DNA of 37,050 bases from an uncultured Gammaproteobacteria bacterium (GCA_964630015.1 CAZVTJ010000003.1:1-37050); one strand, 5' to 3'. Counted from the first letter of the stretch, positions 7,843 through 17,365 are shown. Numbers and translations: made by a program. Notes: generated from the sequence alone by a model not told the origin.

Positions 7843-9741
7843 ATGGCAAAAATTATCGGTATTGATCTTGGAACAACCAATTCCTGCGTTGCAGTCATGG
7901 AAGGCGGTGCACCGAAGGTCATTTTTTCGGCAGAGGGACGCAATGTCATTCCCTCCGTGGTTGATCCGTCAAAAAATATTGTCGGAGATGTAGCAAAACG
8001 GCAGGTGGTTATTCACCCTAAGGATACGGTATTTTCCGTAAAACGCCTGATGGGTCGGAAATTTTCCGATTCCAGCGTGCAATCGGATATGAAATGGCTT
8101 CCGTACACCGTAAAATCCGGCGCGAACGATATGGCGGTTGTGGAGGTTGGAGGGAAAAAATATACGCCGCAGGAAATATCGGCAAAAATTCTGGCAAAGA
8201 TAAAGGCTGACGCGGAAAAATATCTGGGTGAACCCGTCAAACAGGCTGTTATTACGGTTCCGGCATATTTTGATGATAGTGAGCGCCAAGCCACAAAACA
8301 GGCTGGTGAAATTGCAGGTTTGGAAGTGCTTCGGATTCTTAATGAACCCACAGCTGCAGCTCTTGCATACGGACTGGACAAGAAAAACGTACACACGATA
8401 GCCGTGTATGATTTGGGTGGCGGGACGTTTGATATTTCCATCCTGGAACTCGGGGATGGCGTCTACGAAGTAAAAGCGACCAATGGTGATACCCATTTGG
8501 GCGGCGATGATTTTGACAAGAAATTGGTCGATTATCTTGCGGATGAATTCCAGAAAGAACAAAACGTCGATCTGCGTAAAGACCCGCAGGCACTCCAAAG
8601 ACTCCGCGATGCGGCTGAAAAGGCAAAGATAGAACTTTCTTCTTCCCTGGAAGCGGAAGTAAATCTTCCCTTTATTACACAAGGAAAGGACGGGCCGCTT
8701 CATTTCGTTACGAAAGTCACGCGGGCTAAGTTCGAGTCGCTTGTTGAAGACCTGATCAAAAAGTCCATCGAACCGGTGAAAAAGTGTTTGGCGGACGCAA
8801 AAGTAAACGCCAAGGATATCGGCGAAGTCGTGATGGTCGGCGGTATGACCCGGATGCCAAAAGTATACGAAACCGTCAAGGAATTCTTCGGAAAAGATCC
8901 AAACCGGAGTGTAAATCCGGATGAAGTTGTTGCGGTTGGTGCGGCAGTTCAAGCTGGAGTATTGGCAGGAGACATTAAGGACGTCGTGCTTCTTGATGTA
9001 ACGCCACTTACTCTGGGACTTGAAACATTGGGTGCGGTTTCCACACCGCTTATTCCCAGAAATACAACGGTTCCGACTTCAAAGACGGAGATATTTTCAA
9101 CCGCTGCGGACAATCAGACATCGGTTGAGATCAATGTATTGCAGGGAGAACGGTCCATGGCATCGGACAATAAATCACTGGGGCGGTTTATCCTTTCGGG
9201 GATTCCACCGGCTCCGCGCGGTGTTCCACAGGTCGAAGTGACTTTTGATATCGACGCAAACGGCATTTTAAATGTCACTGCAAAAGATAAGGCAACCGGA
9301 AAAGCATCAACGATTAAGATCACAGGATCCACGGGATTGTCCAAAGATGAAGTGGAACGGATGAAGAAGGAAGCTGAAGAACATGCATCCGAGGACGCCG
9401 CGAAAAAAGAACTCATAGAAGTGAAAAACCGCGCCGAAAACACAATCTATGTTGCCGAAAAAACGGTGAAGGATGCGGGTGATAAGGCAAAAGAGGATGA
9501 TAAAAAGGCAGTTGAGGAGAAGGTATCGGCACTCAAAAGCATTCTCGAAACCGGTACCAAAGAGGAATTGGAAACGAAAACAAACGAATTATCCGAAGCG
9601 GTGCAGAAAATCGGGTCGGCAATGTATGCTAATGGTCAGCCGCAGCAGGACGCATCCGCACAGGGTGATGGGCAAGAGAAAAAACCGGAAGATTCCGCAA
9701 AAGCCGATGCAAAAGTGGAAGAAGGACAGGTCGTAAATTAA
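7843..9741 (+). CDS. dnaK: Chaperone DnaK (Hsp70)
   Basis: [22 protein letters not shown]..., [31 protein letters not shown] lies upstream. Confidence 0.97.
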   Translation: MAKIIGIDLGTTNSCVAVMEGGAPKVIFSAEGRNVIPSVVDPSKNIVGDVAKRQVVIHPKDTVFSVKRLMGRKFSDSSVQSDMKWLPYTVKSGANDMAVVEVGGKKYTPQEISAKILAKIKADAEKYLGEPVKQAVITVPAYFDDSERQATKQAGEIAGLEVLRILNEPTAAALAYGLDKKNVHTIAVYDLGGGTFDISILELGDGVYEVKATNGDTHLGGDDFDKKLVDYLADEFQKEQNVDLRKDPQALQRLRDAAEKAKIELSSSLEAEVNLPFITQGKDGPLHFVTKVTRAKFESLVEDLIKKSIEPVKKCLADAKVNAKDIGEVVMVGGMTRMPKVYETVKEFFGKDPNRSVNPDEVVAVGAAVQAGVLAGDIKDVVLLDVTPLTLGLETLGAVSTPLIPRNTTVPTSKTEIFSTAADNQTSVEINVLQGERSMASDNKSLGRFILSGIPPAPRGVPQVEVTFDIDANGILNVTAKDKATGKASTIKITGSTGLSKDEVERMKKEAEEHASEDAAKKELIEVKNRAENTIYVAEKTVKDAGDKAKEDDKKAVEEKVSALKSILETGTKEELETKTNELSEAVQKIGSAMYANGQPQQDASAQGDGQEKKPEDSAKADAKVEEGQVVN

Positions 9742-9859
9742 TCAGAATTCATAATGTCTATTTAGGAATTTTGAAACAGAGAAAAGAAATGTAAATAAAG
9801 GGTACTATTTCCGTAAATCCCCGGGATCACCGGGGGTTTGCGGTTAAGCCCCGGTTTCT

Positions 9860-10750
9860 ATGGATAAAAAACGTGATTTCTATGAAGTTCTTGGGGTCGG
9901 AAAACAGGCAACTGCCGACGAGATCAAGCGTGCATACAGAAAACTTGCGCTCCAGTGGCATCCGGACCGGAATAAATCTGCGGGTGCAGAGGTTAAATTC
10001 AAAGAAATTAACGAAGCATATGCCGTGTTGTCAAACCCGGAAAAACGGGAGGCGTATGACCGGTTCGGCCACAGTGCGTTTGCGCCTGGTGGCGGCGGGG
10101 GAGCAGGAGGAAATCCGTTTGGTGGCGGGTTCGGGCAAGGTCCGTTCACCTATACATATACGACCGGTGGTGCGCCGGGGGGAAACCCGTTTTCGGATTT
10201 TATCGACCCGTTTGAAATTTTCGAACAGTTCTTCGGCGGCGGATTCGGTGGGGCGCAGCGTGGGCATCGAAGACGTGCATACGAAATATCCATATCCTTT
10301 GATGATGCGGTACACGGAATAACAAAAGAGATAACGATTCCAAAAGGAGAAGCGGGTTCCGGGTCGCTTAAGAAAACAATCAAAATTCCGGCAGGGGTGG
10401 ATACAGGATCACGGATCCGGTTTGATGATTTTGACATAGTCATTGCCGTTGAGGGAAGCTCCCGATTCAAGCGGGAAGGGGATGATATTATCGTTGAACA
10501 TCCGATTTCATTTTCCAAAGCGTCGCTTGGCGGGATAGAAGAAGTTCCCACAATAGACGGTACGGTGAAAATCAGGATCCCGTCCGGAACCCAACCGGGA
10601 ACGCTTATCCGGCTTCGCGGTCAGGGGGTGCCACGCCTTCAGGGAAACGGAAAAGGGGATGAATACGTGAAAATTACACTACAAGTTCCAACCCGGCTCA
10701 CACGTAGGCAAAAAGAACTTCTTACCGAACTTGAAGGAAGTTTTGACTGA
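9860..10750 (+). CDS. dnaJ: J-domain co-chaperone, class B-like (DnaJ/CbpA type without Cys-rich zinc-finger domain)
   Basis: J domain with HPD (DFYEVLGV...[13 protein letters not shown]), a G/F-rich region and two beta-sandwich C-domains. The whole 296-aa protein contains no cysteine. Confidence 0.85.
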   Translation: MDKKRDFYEVLGVGKQATADEIKRAYRKLALQWHPDRNKSAGAEVKFKEINEAYAVLSNPEKREAYDRFGHSAFAPGGGGGAGGNPFGGGFGQGPFTYTYTTGGAPGGNPFSDFIDPFEIFEQFFGGGFGGAQRGHRRRAYEISISFDDAVHGITKEITIPKGEAGSGSLKKTIKIPAGVDTGSRIRFDDFDIVIAVEGSSRFKREGDDIIVEHPISFSKASLGGIEEVPTIDGTVKIRIPSGTQPGTLIRLRGQGVPRLQGNGKGDEYVKITLQVPTRLTRRQKELLTELEGSFD

Positions 10751-10771
10751 AGCGCACAAGGCTGGTATACT
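10743..10771 (+). promoter_or_regulatory. Candidate strong promoter for nusA-infB (extended -10)
   Basis: TTGACT (10743-10748), a 17-nt spacer, then TGgTATACT (10763-10771). It overlaps the dnaJ stop codon. Confidence 0.55.
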
Positions 10772-10795
10772 ACAGATCATAAAGAGATCAAACAC

Positions 10796-10820
10796 GAGGT
10801 GGGGCAACCCGCCTTTTTTT
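10796..10820 (+). terminator. Intrinsic terminator (dnaJ 3' end / nusA leader)
   Basis: GGTGGG-GCAA-CCCGCC: a 6-bp GC-rich stem with one G.U pair and a GNRA tetraloop, followed by T7 (10814-10820). It ends 18 nt before the nusA ATG. Confidence 0.7.
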
Positions 10821-10838
10821 ATAAAATAAGGAAATACT

Positions 10839-11945
10839 ATGCCAGCAACAATCAGAAGCGAATTTTCGCTCGCACTTAACCAAATCGCAACAGAACGGGG
10901 TCTTACCCCAGAAATTATTCTGGAGACCATTAAAGCAGCAGTCGTTGCTGCGTATAAAAAGGATTACGGAACGGATGAAGTGGATCAGGTAACCGCATCA
11001 GTCAATCCCGATACCGGCGAAATTAGGATTTTCAATAACGGGAAGGATGTTACGCCGCCCGGATTCGGACGGATTGCAGCCCAGACCGCCAAACAGGTCC
11101 TTCTGCAGCGCAACCGTGAAGCGGAAAAAGCGGCAGTACTTGCCGATTACCAGACGAAGATCGGCTCCATTGTTCCCGGTATGGTGCTCCGGTTTGACGG
11201 TCCGAACGTAGTTGTGGATATCGGACGGACGCAGGCATACATGCCGATTTCCGAACAGAATCAGGCAGAACGGTATCGCTTAAATGAGCGGCTGACCTTT
11301 TATGTGGAAGGAATCCGCGAAACCGCACGGGGAAACGAAATTATCGTGTCACGCGCGCATAAGGGCCTGGTGGAAGGCCTGTTCAAGCGGGAAGTGCCGG
11401 AAGTTGCCCAGGGAGCCGTTGAGCTTCGGGTAGTTGCCCGGGAGGCAGGGGGCAGAACGAAAGTTGCGGTATTTTCCGGCCAATCCGGTGTTGATCCCGT
11501 CGGATCATGCGTCGGGCAAAAAGGAGTCCGGGTTCAGGCGGTTATCAATGAACTCGGTTGCAACGAAAAAGTCGATATTATCCAATGGACCGATAATGCA
11601 AAGGAATTCATCATTGCAGCGCTTGCCCCGGCAAAAGATATTGAGGTTTCCCTTGATGATGCCACAAAAGTTGCAAGCGTTACCGTTCCGGAGGATCAAT
11701 TGTCCCTTGCCATCGGTCGTGAAGGCCAAAATGTCCGGCTTGCCTCAAAAATTACCGGCTGGAAGATCGATATAACGGGACGTGCTGGTGCTACGTCCGA
11801 AGAGAAAGGACAGGAAGAACCAAAAGAGCAAACCAACAGTGGAGACACACAAGAAGTTCAACCGGAAGTTGCCCAGGAACCACAGGAAGAAAAACAGGCA
11901 GTATCTGAAATAGTAGTCGAAACGGACAAACAGGAAAAACCGTAA
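10839..11945 (+). CDS. nusA: Transcription termination/antitermination factor NusA
   Basis: N-terminal domain ([17 protein letters not shown]...AYKK), then S1 and two KH domains ([23 protein letters not shown]), then an acidic tail. SD AAGGAA lies upstream. Confidence 0.95.
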   Translation: MPATIRSEFSLALNQIATERGLTPEIILETIKAAVVAAYKKDYGTDEVDQVTASVNPDTGEIRIFNNGKDVTPPGFGRIAAQTAKQVLLQRNREAEKAAVLADYQTKIGSIVPGMVLRFDGPNVVVDIGRTQAYMPISEQNQAERYRLNERLTFYVEGIRETARGNEIIVSRAHKGLVEGLFKREVPEVAQGAVELRVVAREAGGRTKVAVFSGQSGVDPVGSCVGQKGVRVQAVINELGCNEKVDIIQWTDNAKEFIIAALAPAKDIEVSLDDATKVASVTVPEDQLSLAIGREGQNVRLASKITGWKIDITGRAGATSEEKGQEEPKEQTNSGDTQEVQPEVAQEPQEEKQAVSEIVVETDKQEKP

Positions 11946-11970
11946 ATAAGAAAAAAGGTAAGGAAGATCC

Positions 11971-13467
11971 ATGACGAATGCCAAGAAACACGAAATAAAA
12001 GAAAGTGGACAAACACGGGCTCCGATTGTATCGGTACTGGGCCATGTTGACCACGGGAAAACATCGCTTCTGGATGCGATCCGCAAAACACATGTGGCCG
12101 CCAGGGAATATGGCGGAATAACCCAACACATCGGTGCATATCAGGTTGTATACCAGCCGGATAAAAAAGGTGCGCAGGCCTTCCCCATTGCCTTTATTGA
12201 TACCCCGGGCCATGAGGCATTTGCCAAGATGCGCTCGCGGGGTGCATCGGTTGCCGATATTGCGATTCTGGTAGTAGCCGCCGATGACAGCGTAAAACCC
12301 CAAACGATCGAATCGATCAAAATGATCCAGGATGCGGGAGTCTCCATGATAGTAGCGGCAAACAAAATCGATTTGCCCGGCGCCAATCTGGACAAGGTTA
12401 AAAAAGATCTGGCGCGATACGGTGTCCAGGTGGAAGGTTTTGGCGGATCAATTCCCCTTGTTGCACTGTCGGCAAAGGCGGAAACCGGAATTTCCGACCT
12501 TCTGGATATGATCGTACTGGTGTCGCAGGAGAAAAATCTTACCTATCTTCCGGATGGAGAACTGAGTGCCCATGTGATTGAAACACGGGTTGACCGAGGG
12601 AAGGGAATGGTTGCAACACTGATTCCCAAAACCGGAACGATCCGGATCGGGTCACGGTTATATGACGGCAGCACGGAGCTGGGTAAAGTCCGTGCACTGT
12701 TTGATGAAAACGGTGCGGGAGTGCGTGAGGCATACCCGGGAAAACCCGTAGAGGTGCTTGGATTTGCACACCTTCCCGGAGTCGGCACAGTCGTATCTGA
12801 TCAGGCTCATGAGCACAGTTCTACAGTTACCGCCAGTCAGGAAGTAAAGCAGGCATTTTCTTTAAACGACATACTAAAACCAATGGAAGACGTAAAACGT
12901 CTCCCGATTATCATTAAGGCGGATACTGCAGGTTCGCTTGAGGCCATTGTTGAACAGCTTTCGAAAGATGTCGATATCATTGCAACCGGTATCGGGGAAA
13001 TTGCCGAAAGCGATATACTTCTGGCAAAATCAACTGGTGCGTTTGTGGTGGGATTTAACGTAAAAGCCCCCGGTGCCATTGAAAAACTGGCCCAGCTTGA
13101 AAAAGTCGTCTACAGAACCTATACGATTATTTACGAACTGATAGACGAACTTTCCGACGTTATTGCCGGTATGGCAGAGATTTCAACAGGGGAACGGGAG
13201 CTGGGAAGCGGTACGATCTTAGCGCAATTTCCCTTTAGCGGACAGCTCGTTGCCGGTACAAAGGTGAAAGCCGGACGGCTTGCCCGCGGAGATCAGGTGA
13301 AGATCATGCGTGGCGAGGAAGAGATCGCTAAAGCAAAAATCAAATCGGTGCGCAAAGGAAAAGAAGATACGACGAAAGCGGAAGTCGGTACGGAATGCGG
13401 TATACTGTTTGACCGTTTGGTTGCATTTGAAGTCGGCGATGATATAATTGCGTTCACAACCGTATAA
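11971..13467 (+). CDS. infB: Translation initiation factor IF-2 (short form, starts at the G domain)
   Basis: [42 protein letters not shown], and a C-terminal beta-barrel. It is 498 aa, with no long N-terminal region. Confidence 0.95.
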   Translation: MTNAKKHEIKESGQTRAPIVSVLGHVDHGKTSLLDAIRKTHVAAREYGGITQHIGAYQVVYQPDKKGAQAFPIAFIDTPGHEAFAKMRSRGASVADIAILVVAADDSVKPQTIESIKMIQDAGVSMIVAANKIDLPGANLDKVKKDLARYGVQVEGFGGSIPLVALSAKAETGISDLLDMIVLVSQEKNLTYLPDGELSAHVIETRVDRGKGMVATLIPKTGTIRIGSRLYDGSTELGKVRALFDENGAGVREAYPGKPVEVLGFAHLPGVGTVVSDQAHEHSSTVTASQEVKQAFSLNDILKPMEDVKRLPIIIKADTAGSLEAIVEQLSKDVDIIATGIGEIAESDILLAKSTGAFVVGFNVKAPGAIEKLAQLEKVVYRTYTIIYELIDELSDVIAGMAEISTGERELGSGTILAQFPFSGQLVAGTKVKAGRLARGDQVKIMRGEEEIAKAKIKSVRKGKEDTTKAEVGTECGILFDRLVAFEVGDDIIAFTTV

Positions 13468-13508
13468 TTTTACGTTTTTTTGATACCTGCCCCACAGAAG
13501 TATCGCGT

Positions 13509-14468
13509 ATGCAAGCCACAGACATCACAAAAGTCACGGAGATTCTTACCGGGGCTAAATCCATTCTGATAGTAACCCATAGTCAACCGACGTTGGATTC
13601 GATGGGAGCAACCCTTGCGCTCTATCTTGGACTTCTTTCTATGGAAAAGGACGTTACTATTGCCTGTGCAGCTCCAATGACTGTCGGATTATCAAGTTTT
13701 GTCGGTGCGGATAAAGTGCAATCAACGGTGAAACAGAATAATTTTGTGGTTTCCCTGGATTATCAGGAAGGATCGATCGAAAAGGTAAGCTATAACATCA
13801 CGGGCAATAAATTCAATTTGGTTATTGAAGAACGACCGGGATTTGCAAGTTTTTCCGAGCAGAATGTTTCCTATAGCCGCTCCGGCGGACATGCTGACGC
13901 GGTATTTTGCGTAGGCATAGCATCGGAGGATGAAATGGGTGATATTTTTGGATCAGTGTCCGATACCATTACACAAAAACCGACGGTTATTCTTTCCAAA
14001 GATCCGGGTGTTCTTCCATTTGGGACAGTCCGTATTTCCGATAGCGAATCGTCATGCCTTACCGAGCTTACCGCAGTCTTTTTGTCGTCTTTGGGCGTAA
14101 AACTGACTCCCGATATTGCGACAAATATTTTAAACGGTATTTACGGCGCAACGGAGAGCTTCCGGTCAAAAACCATCACACCACGGGCGTTTGAGGTTGC
14201 CTCGGTATGCCTTAAAGCTGGGGGAAAACGGTTTGTTGAATTCGAACAGGAACAGGTTTTACAGTCTCCGATTCCGTTTCCGGTATCCCATAGTCAATCG
14301 GGTATACAGGCACAGGACAATTCCCGGCAAGCTCCATTAATTTCGGAAACGATACCACAGGGCAATCAACCAGCGATCACCCCAACCACAGGAAAAAAAC
14401 AGGCGCCGGAAGAGTGGCTCAAACCGAAGATTTTTAAAAGTTCGCAAAGCTCCCCCTCCCGGTCATAA
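13509..14468 (+). CDS. DHH/DHHA1-fold (NrnA-like) protein with degenerate catalytic motifs
   Basis: ILIVTHSQPTLDSMGATLALYLGL aligns with DHH motif I/II (H.NPD.D..GS). The expected DHH tripeptide and the DTG.F motif are not recognisable (VILSKDP; YGATESFRS). Confidence 0.55.
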   Translation: MQATDITKVTEILTGAKSILIVTHSQPTLDSMGATLALYLGLLSMEKDVTIACAAPMTVGLSSFVGADKVQSTVKQNNFVVSLDYQEGSIEKVSYNITGNKFNLVIEERPGFASFSEQNVSYSRSGGHADAVFCVGIASEDEMGDIFGSVSDTITQKPTVILSKDPGVLPFGTVRISDSESSCLTELTAVFLSSLGVKLTPDIATNILNGIYGATESFRSKTITPRAFEVASVCLKAGGKRFVEFEQEQVLQSPIPFPVSHSQSGIQAQDNSRQAPLISETIPQGNQPAITPTTGKKQAPEEWLKPKIFKSSQSSPSRS

Positions 14469-14469
14469 G

Positions 14470-14504
14470 GGGAAAAGGGGAAGGAACGTTCCTTGTATTT
14501 TCCC
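14470..14504 (+). terminator. Hairpin directly after the DHH-like gene (possible terminator)
   Basis: GGGAAAA(14470-76)/TTTTCCC(14498-504) encloses the perfect palindrome AAGGAACGTTCCTT (14481-94). It is followed by TGTGTTTCG, so the U-tract is weak. Confidence 0.35.
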
Positions 14505-14569
14505 TGTGTTTCGTGTAAAATCAAAAAACATAAACGAAGCGAAGGCTTCATTTTTTATTGCAAAAGGTT

Positions 14570-14932
14570 ATGGCAACAAAACGAACACAAACAAAAACCG
14601 AAAAGAAACCGGTGAAAACGCCGGCAAAAAAGACCGCTTCAAAAAAGCAGGAAGAACCGGTGATGCCCCAACCGAGCGAGGAAAAACTTTCCATTATCAG
14701 CCAATATGCGGTAAAACCCGGTGATACGGGAAGCCCTGAAGTCCAGGTTGCACTGCTGACGGCACGGATTGAAAAACTTGCCCAACACCTGAAAGCAAAT
14801 CCGTCGGATAATCATTCCAGGCGGGGTTTATTGGGTATCGTTAGTAAGCGGCGACGGCTTCTGAACTATCTTGAGTCCAAGGAAAAAGACCGCTACGAAG
14901 ACGTTATCAAAAAAATCGGTTTATCAAAATAA
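14570..14932 (+). CDS. rpsO: 30S ribosomal protein S15 (possibly with Lys-rich N-terminal extension)
   Basis: The C-terminal 89 aa align along their whole length with canonical S15 ([19 protein letters not shown]......HSRRGLL..VS.RR.LL.YL). Alternative start ATG 14663 has AGGA 10 nt upstream and would give exactly an 89-aa protein. Confidence 0.9.
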   Translation: MATKRTQTKTEKKPVKTPAKKTASKKQEEPVMPQPSEEKLSIISQYAVKPGDTGSPEVQVALLTARIEKLAQHLKANPSDNHSRRGLLGIVSKRRRLLNYLESKEKDRYEDVIKKIGLSK

Positions 14933-15099
14933 ACGTGACATTTAACATACTATTTTCTTTATCCGACTAAGGAACGCGGAGTCGAATATACCCTGAAGTG
15001 TGATGTCTTGAGTTTTTGGACTATTGACCCTCAAAGATTCGAGTGATCCCACTTCATCGGTTTTCCCCTACCGCTTCCGCCCAACGGATACATCATTGT

Positions 15100-17292
15100 A
15101 TGGCTATTGTAAAAAAATCAACGGAGATTGCCGGACGTACTTTATCGCTTGAAGTCGGTCGGTATGCGGAACAAGCAGGTGCGGCAGTTGTTGCCCAGTA
15201 CGGAGAAACCATGGTGCTTGCAACCGTTACCGCCTCATCGAAGGAAACGACACTCGATTATTTTCCCCTGTCGGTAGAATATGTGGAACGGCTCTATGCA
15301 GGCGGCAGAATCAAGGGTTCCCGGTGGGTAAAACGGGAAGGACGGCCATCCGACGATGCCGTGCTTGCCGGACGGCTTATTGACCGGTCCATCCGGCCGC
15401 TGTTCCCCAAATCATTCAAACACGATGTCCAGGTGGTGATTACCACATTGTCCGTTGACGGTGAAAATGATCCGGATGTACTGGGTCTTGTTGCGGCATC
15501 TGCTGCTATTGCCCTCTCCCCGGTACCATGGAACGGCCCGGTTGCCGGTGTGCGTGTGGGATATACAAAGGCAAACGGCGATGCAGGATCATACCTGATT
15601 AACCCGCGGGTATCGGAGCAGGAGATATCGGAGTTTGATTTCGTGATATCGGGAACCCGCGAAAAAGTGCTTATGCTGGAAGGCGGATTCTGCGAAACGG
15701 ATGACGAGGTAGTCTATAACGCCGTTTTGGAAGCAAAGAAGGAAAATGCCAAAATCATTTCCCTGATCGAAGATCTTGCTAAGGAAGCCGGGAAACCGAA
15801 GCTTCCCGCCGGCGAAGGAAAAGACTATTCGGAAGTTACCCAGAAGATGACCAAAGACTACGCAAAAGAAATCGATGCCGCATTCAAAAAGAAAAATGAA
15901 AAAGAAGGCGGTGATTCCGAACTGCTTGCCCTTGCGCAGACGATTGCGGTGGCATACGAAAACAAATATACGGTCGGGGATATAATGGCGGCACTTGACG
16001 CCCTTTCCAAGAAAAAAATCCGTGAAGATGTGCTTACGCATAAAAAGCGGGTAGACGGCCGGAAAATCGATGAAATCCGCCCGATTTCCATGGAAGTGGG
16101 ATTGCTGACGCGTACCCATGGGAGTGCAATGTTCAAGCGCGGACAGACCCAGGTGTTAACTGTTGCGACCCTTGCATCACCGGATCTGGAACAGTTGATA
16201 GAAGGACCGACCGGGGAAGAATCGAAGCGGTATATCCACCACTATTCCATGCCTCCGTATTCAGTCGGGGAAACGGGAAGAATCGGAACGCCCTCACGGC
16301 GGGAAATCGGCCACGGTGCTCTTGCTGAACGGGCGCTTCTTGCGGTCATTCCGCCTGTTGATGAATTTCCCTATACCATCCGGTTGGTATCGGAAGTGAT
16401 GAGCAGCAACGGATCAACATCCATGGCGTCAACCTGTGGTTCAACGCTTGCCCTTATGGATGCGGGTGTTCCCATTAAAGAGCCGGTTGCTGGCATTTCC
16501 GTCGGACTTATGACGGACAAACAGTCCGATGACTATGTACTTTTAACCGATATTGTCGGTGTCGAGGATTTTTCCGGCGATATGGATTTCAAGGTTGCCG
16601 GAACGAAAAACGGTATCACGGCAATCCAACTCGATGTGAAAATCGACGGGTTGACGGATGAAATAGTCAAAGGCGCACTGGAACGGGCCCATACGGCACG
16701 GATGGATATTCTGGAGAAAATGAAGAGCGTTATCTCCGGTGTCCGGCCTAACCTTTCCCAATATGCACCGAAAGTGGAAATGATCAAAATCCCGACGGAA
16801 AAAATCGGTGAAGTGATCGGTCCCGGCGGGAAAATGATCCGCCTTATTCAGACGACAACAGGTGCCGTCGTTGATGTAAAGGATGACGGATCGGTGTTTG
16901 TTTCATCCACGAAAGATGAAGCGGTGGAGAAAGCATCCGCATGGATTAAGGGATTGACGCATGAAGTCAAAGCCGGTGAAGAGTTTGAAGGGACAGTGAA
17001 ACGGATGCTTCCGTTCGGGGCATTTGTTGAAATTCTTCCTGGAAAGGAAGGATTGGTCCATGTTTCGCAGATGTCAACCAATTTCGTGAACAATCCCGAA
17101 GAAGTCGTACAGATCGGTCAGACGGTGAAGGTTCGTGTGATTGAAATCGACGATCAGGGCAGGACAAATCTTTCCATGCTGTTTGGTGAGGACGCGGCAA
17201 AAGCTCAACCCAGGCCTCCACGGACCGGCGGTGGTGACCGCGGCGGGCACGGTGGCGGACGGCGGTTTGGAAGACCGCAACGCAGGTATTAA
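15100..17292 (+). CDS. pnp: Polynucleotide phosphorylase (PNPase) with C-terminal RGG-rich tail
   Basis: Two RNase PH domains (GSRWVKREGRPS; HGSAMFKRGQTQVL; GHGALAERAL), KH (IGEVIGPGGKMIR) and S1 (FGAFVEILPGKEGLVHVSQM). ATG 15100 is preferred over the ORF-track GTG 15043. Confidence 0.95.
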   Translation: MAIVKKSTEIAGRTLSLEVGRYAEQAGAAVVAQYGETMVLATVTASSKETTLDYFPLSVEYVERLYAGGRIKGSRWVKREGRPSDDAVLAGRLIDRSIRPLFPKSFKHDVQVVITTLSVDGENDPDVLGLVAASAAIALSPVPWNGPVAGVRVGYTKANGDAGSYLINPRVSEQEISEFDFVISGTREKVLMLEGGFCETDDEVVYNAVLEAKKENAKIISLIEDLAKEAGKPKLPAGEGKDYSEVTQKMTKDYAKEIDAAFKKKNEKEGGDSELLALAQTIAVAYENKYTVGDIMAALDALSKKKIREDVLTHKKRVDGRKIDEIRPISMEVGLLTRTHGSAMFKRGQTQVLTVATLASPDLEQLIEGPTGEESKRYIHHYSMPPYSVGETGRIGTPSRREIGHGALAERALLAVIPPVDEFPYTIRLVSEVMSSNGSTSMASTCGSTLALMDAGVPIKEPVAGISVGLMTDKQSDDYVLLTDIVGVEDFSGDMDFKVAGTKNGITAIQLDVKIDGLTDEIVKGALERAHTARMDILEKMKSVISGVRPNLSQYAPKVEMIKIPTEKIGEVIGPGGKMIRLIQTTTGAVVDVKDDGSVFVSSTKDEAVEKASAWIKGLTHEVKAGEEFEGTVKRMLPFGAFVEILPGKEGLVHVSQMSTNFVNNPEEVVQIGQTVKVRVIEIDDQGRTNLSMLFGEDAAKAQPRPPRTGGGDRGGHGGGRRFGRPQRRY

Positions 17293-17365
17293 TGCATCCG
17301 CAAGGTTCACATCTTCCCCGTATCCATTCTGGTAATACGGAAGCGTTTCGGGGTATGATAGGGAT

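Noticed and set aside
7969-8952. 327-aa minus-strand ORF antisense to dnaK, together with nearby antisense ORFs 8013-8441 and 8339-8626.
   Set aside because: It lies entirely inside the unambiguous dnaK CDS. The translation is low-complexity (F/R/I/C-rich) with no recognisable motif, which is the typical shadow ORF of a gene with biased codon usage.
14506-14724. 72-aa ORF overlapping the rpsO 5' region in another frame.
   Set aside because: It is an A-rich frame artefact (K/N/R-rich) that overlaps the S15 coding frame, and it has no SD.
14975-14995. 'GGAGTCGAATATACC' resembles a tRNA T-arm (GGTTCGAAT), raising the possibility of a tRNA between rpsO and pnp.
   Set aside because: I could not build an acceptor stem, D-arm or anticodon arm around it, and the flanks do not pair.
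17293-17365. Inverted repeats CCGTAT...ATACGG and CCCCG...CGGGG between pnp and the Lon-like gene, as a possible terminator.
   Set aside because: No U-tract follows and the loop is long (11 nt). It is more likely incidental or a processing site. I therefore treat pnp and the downstream genes as potentially co-transcribed.
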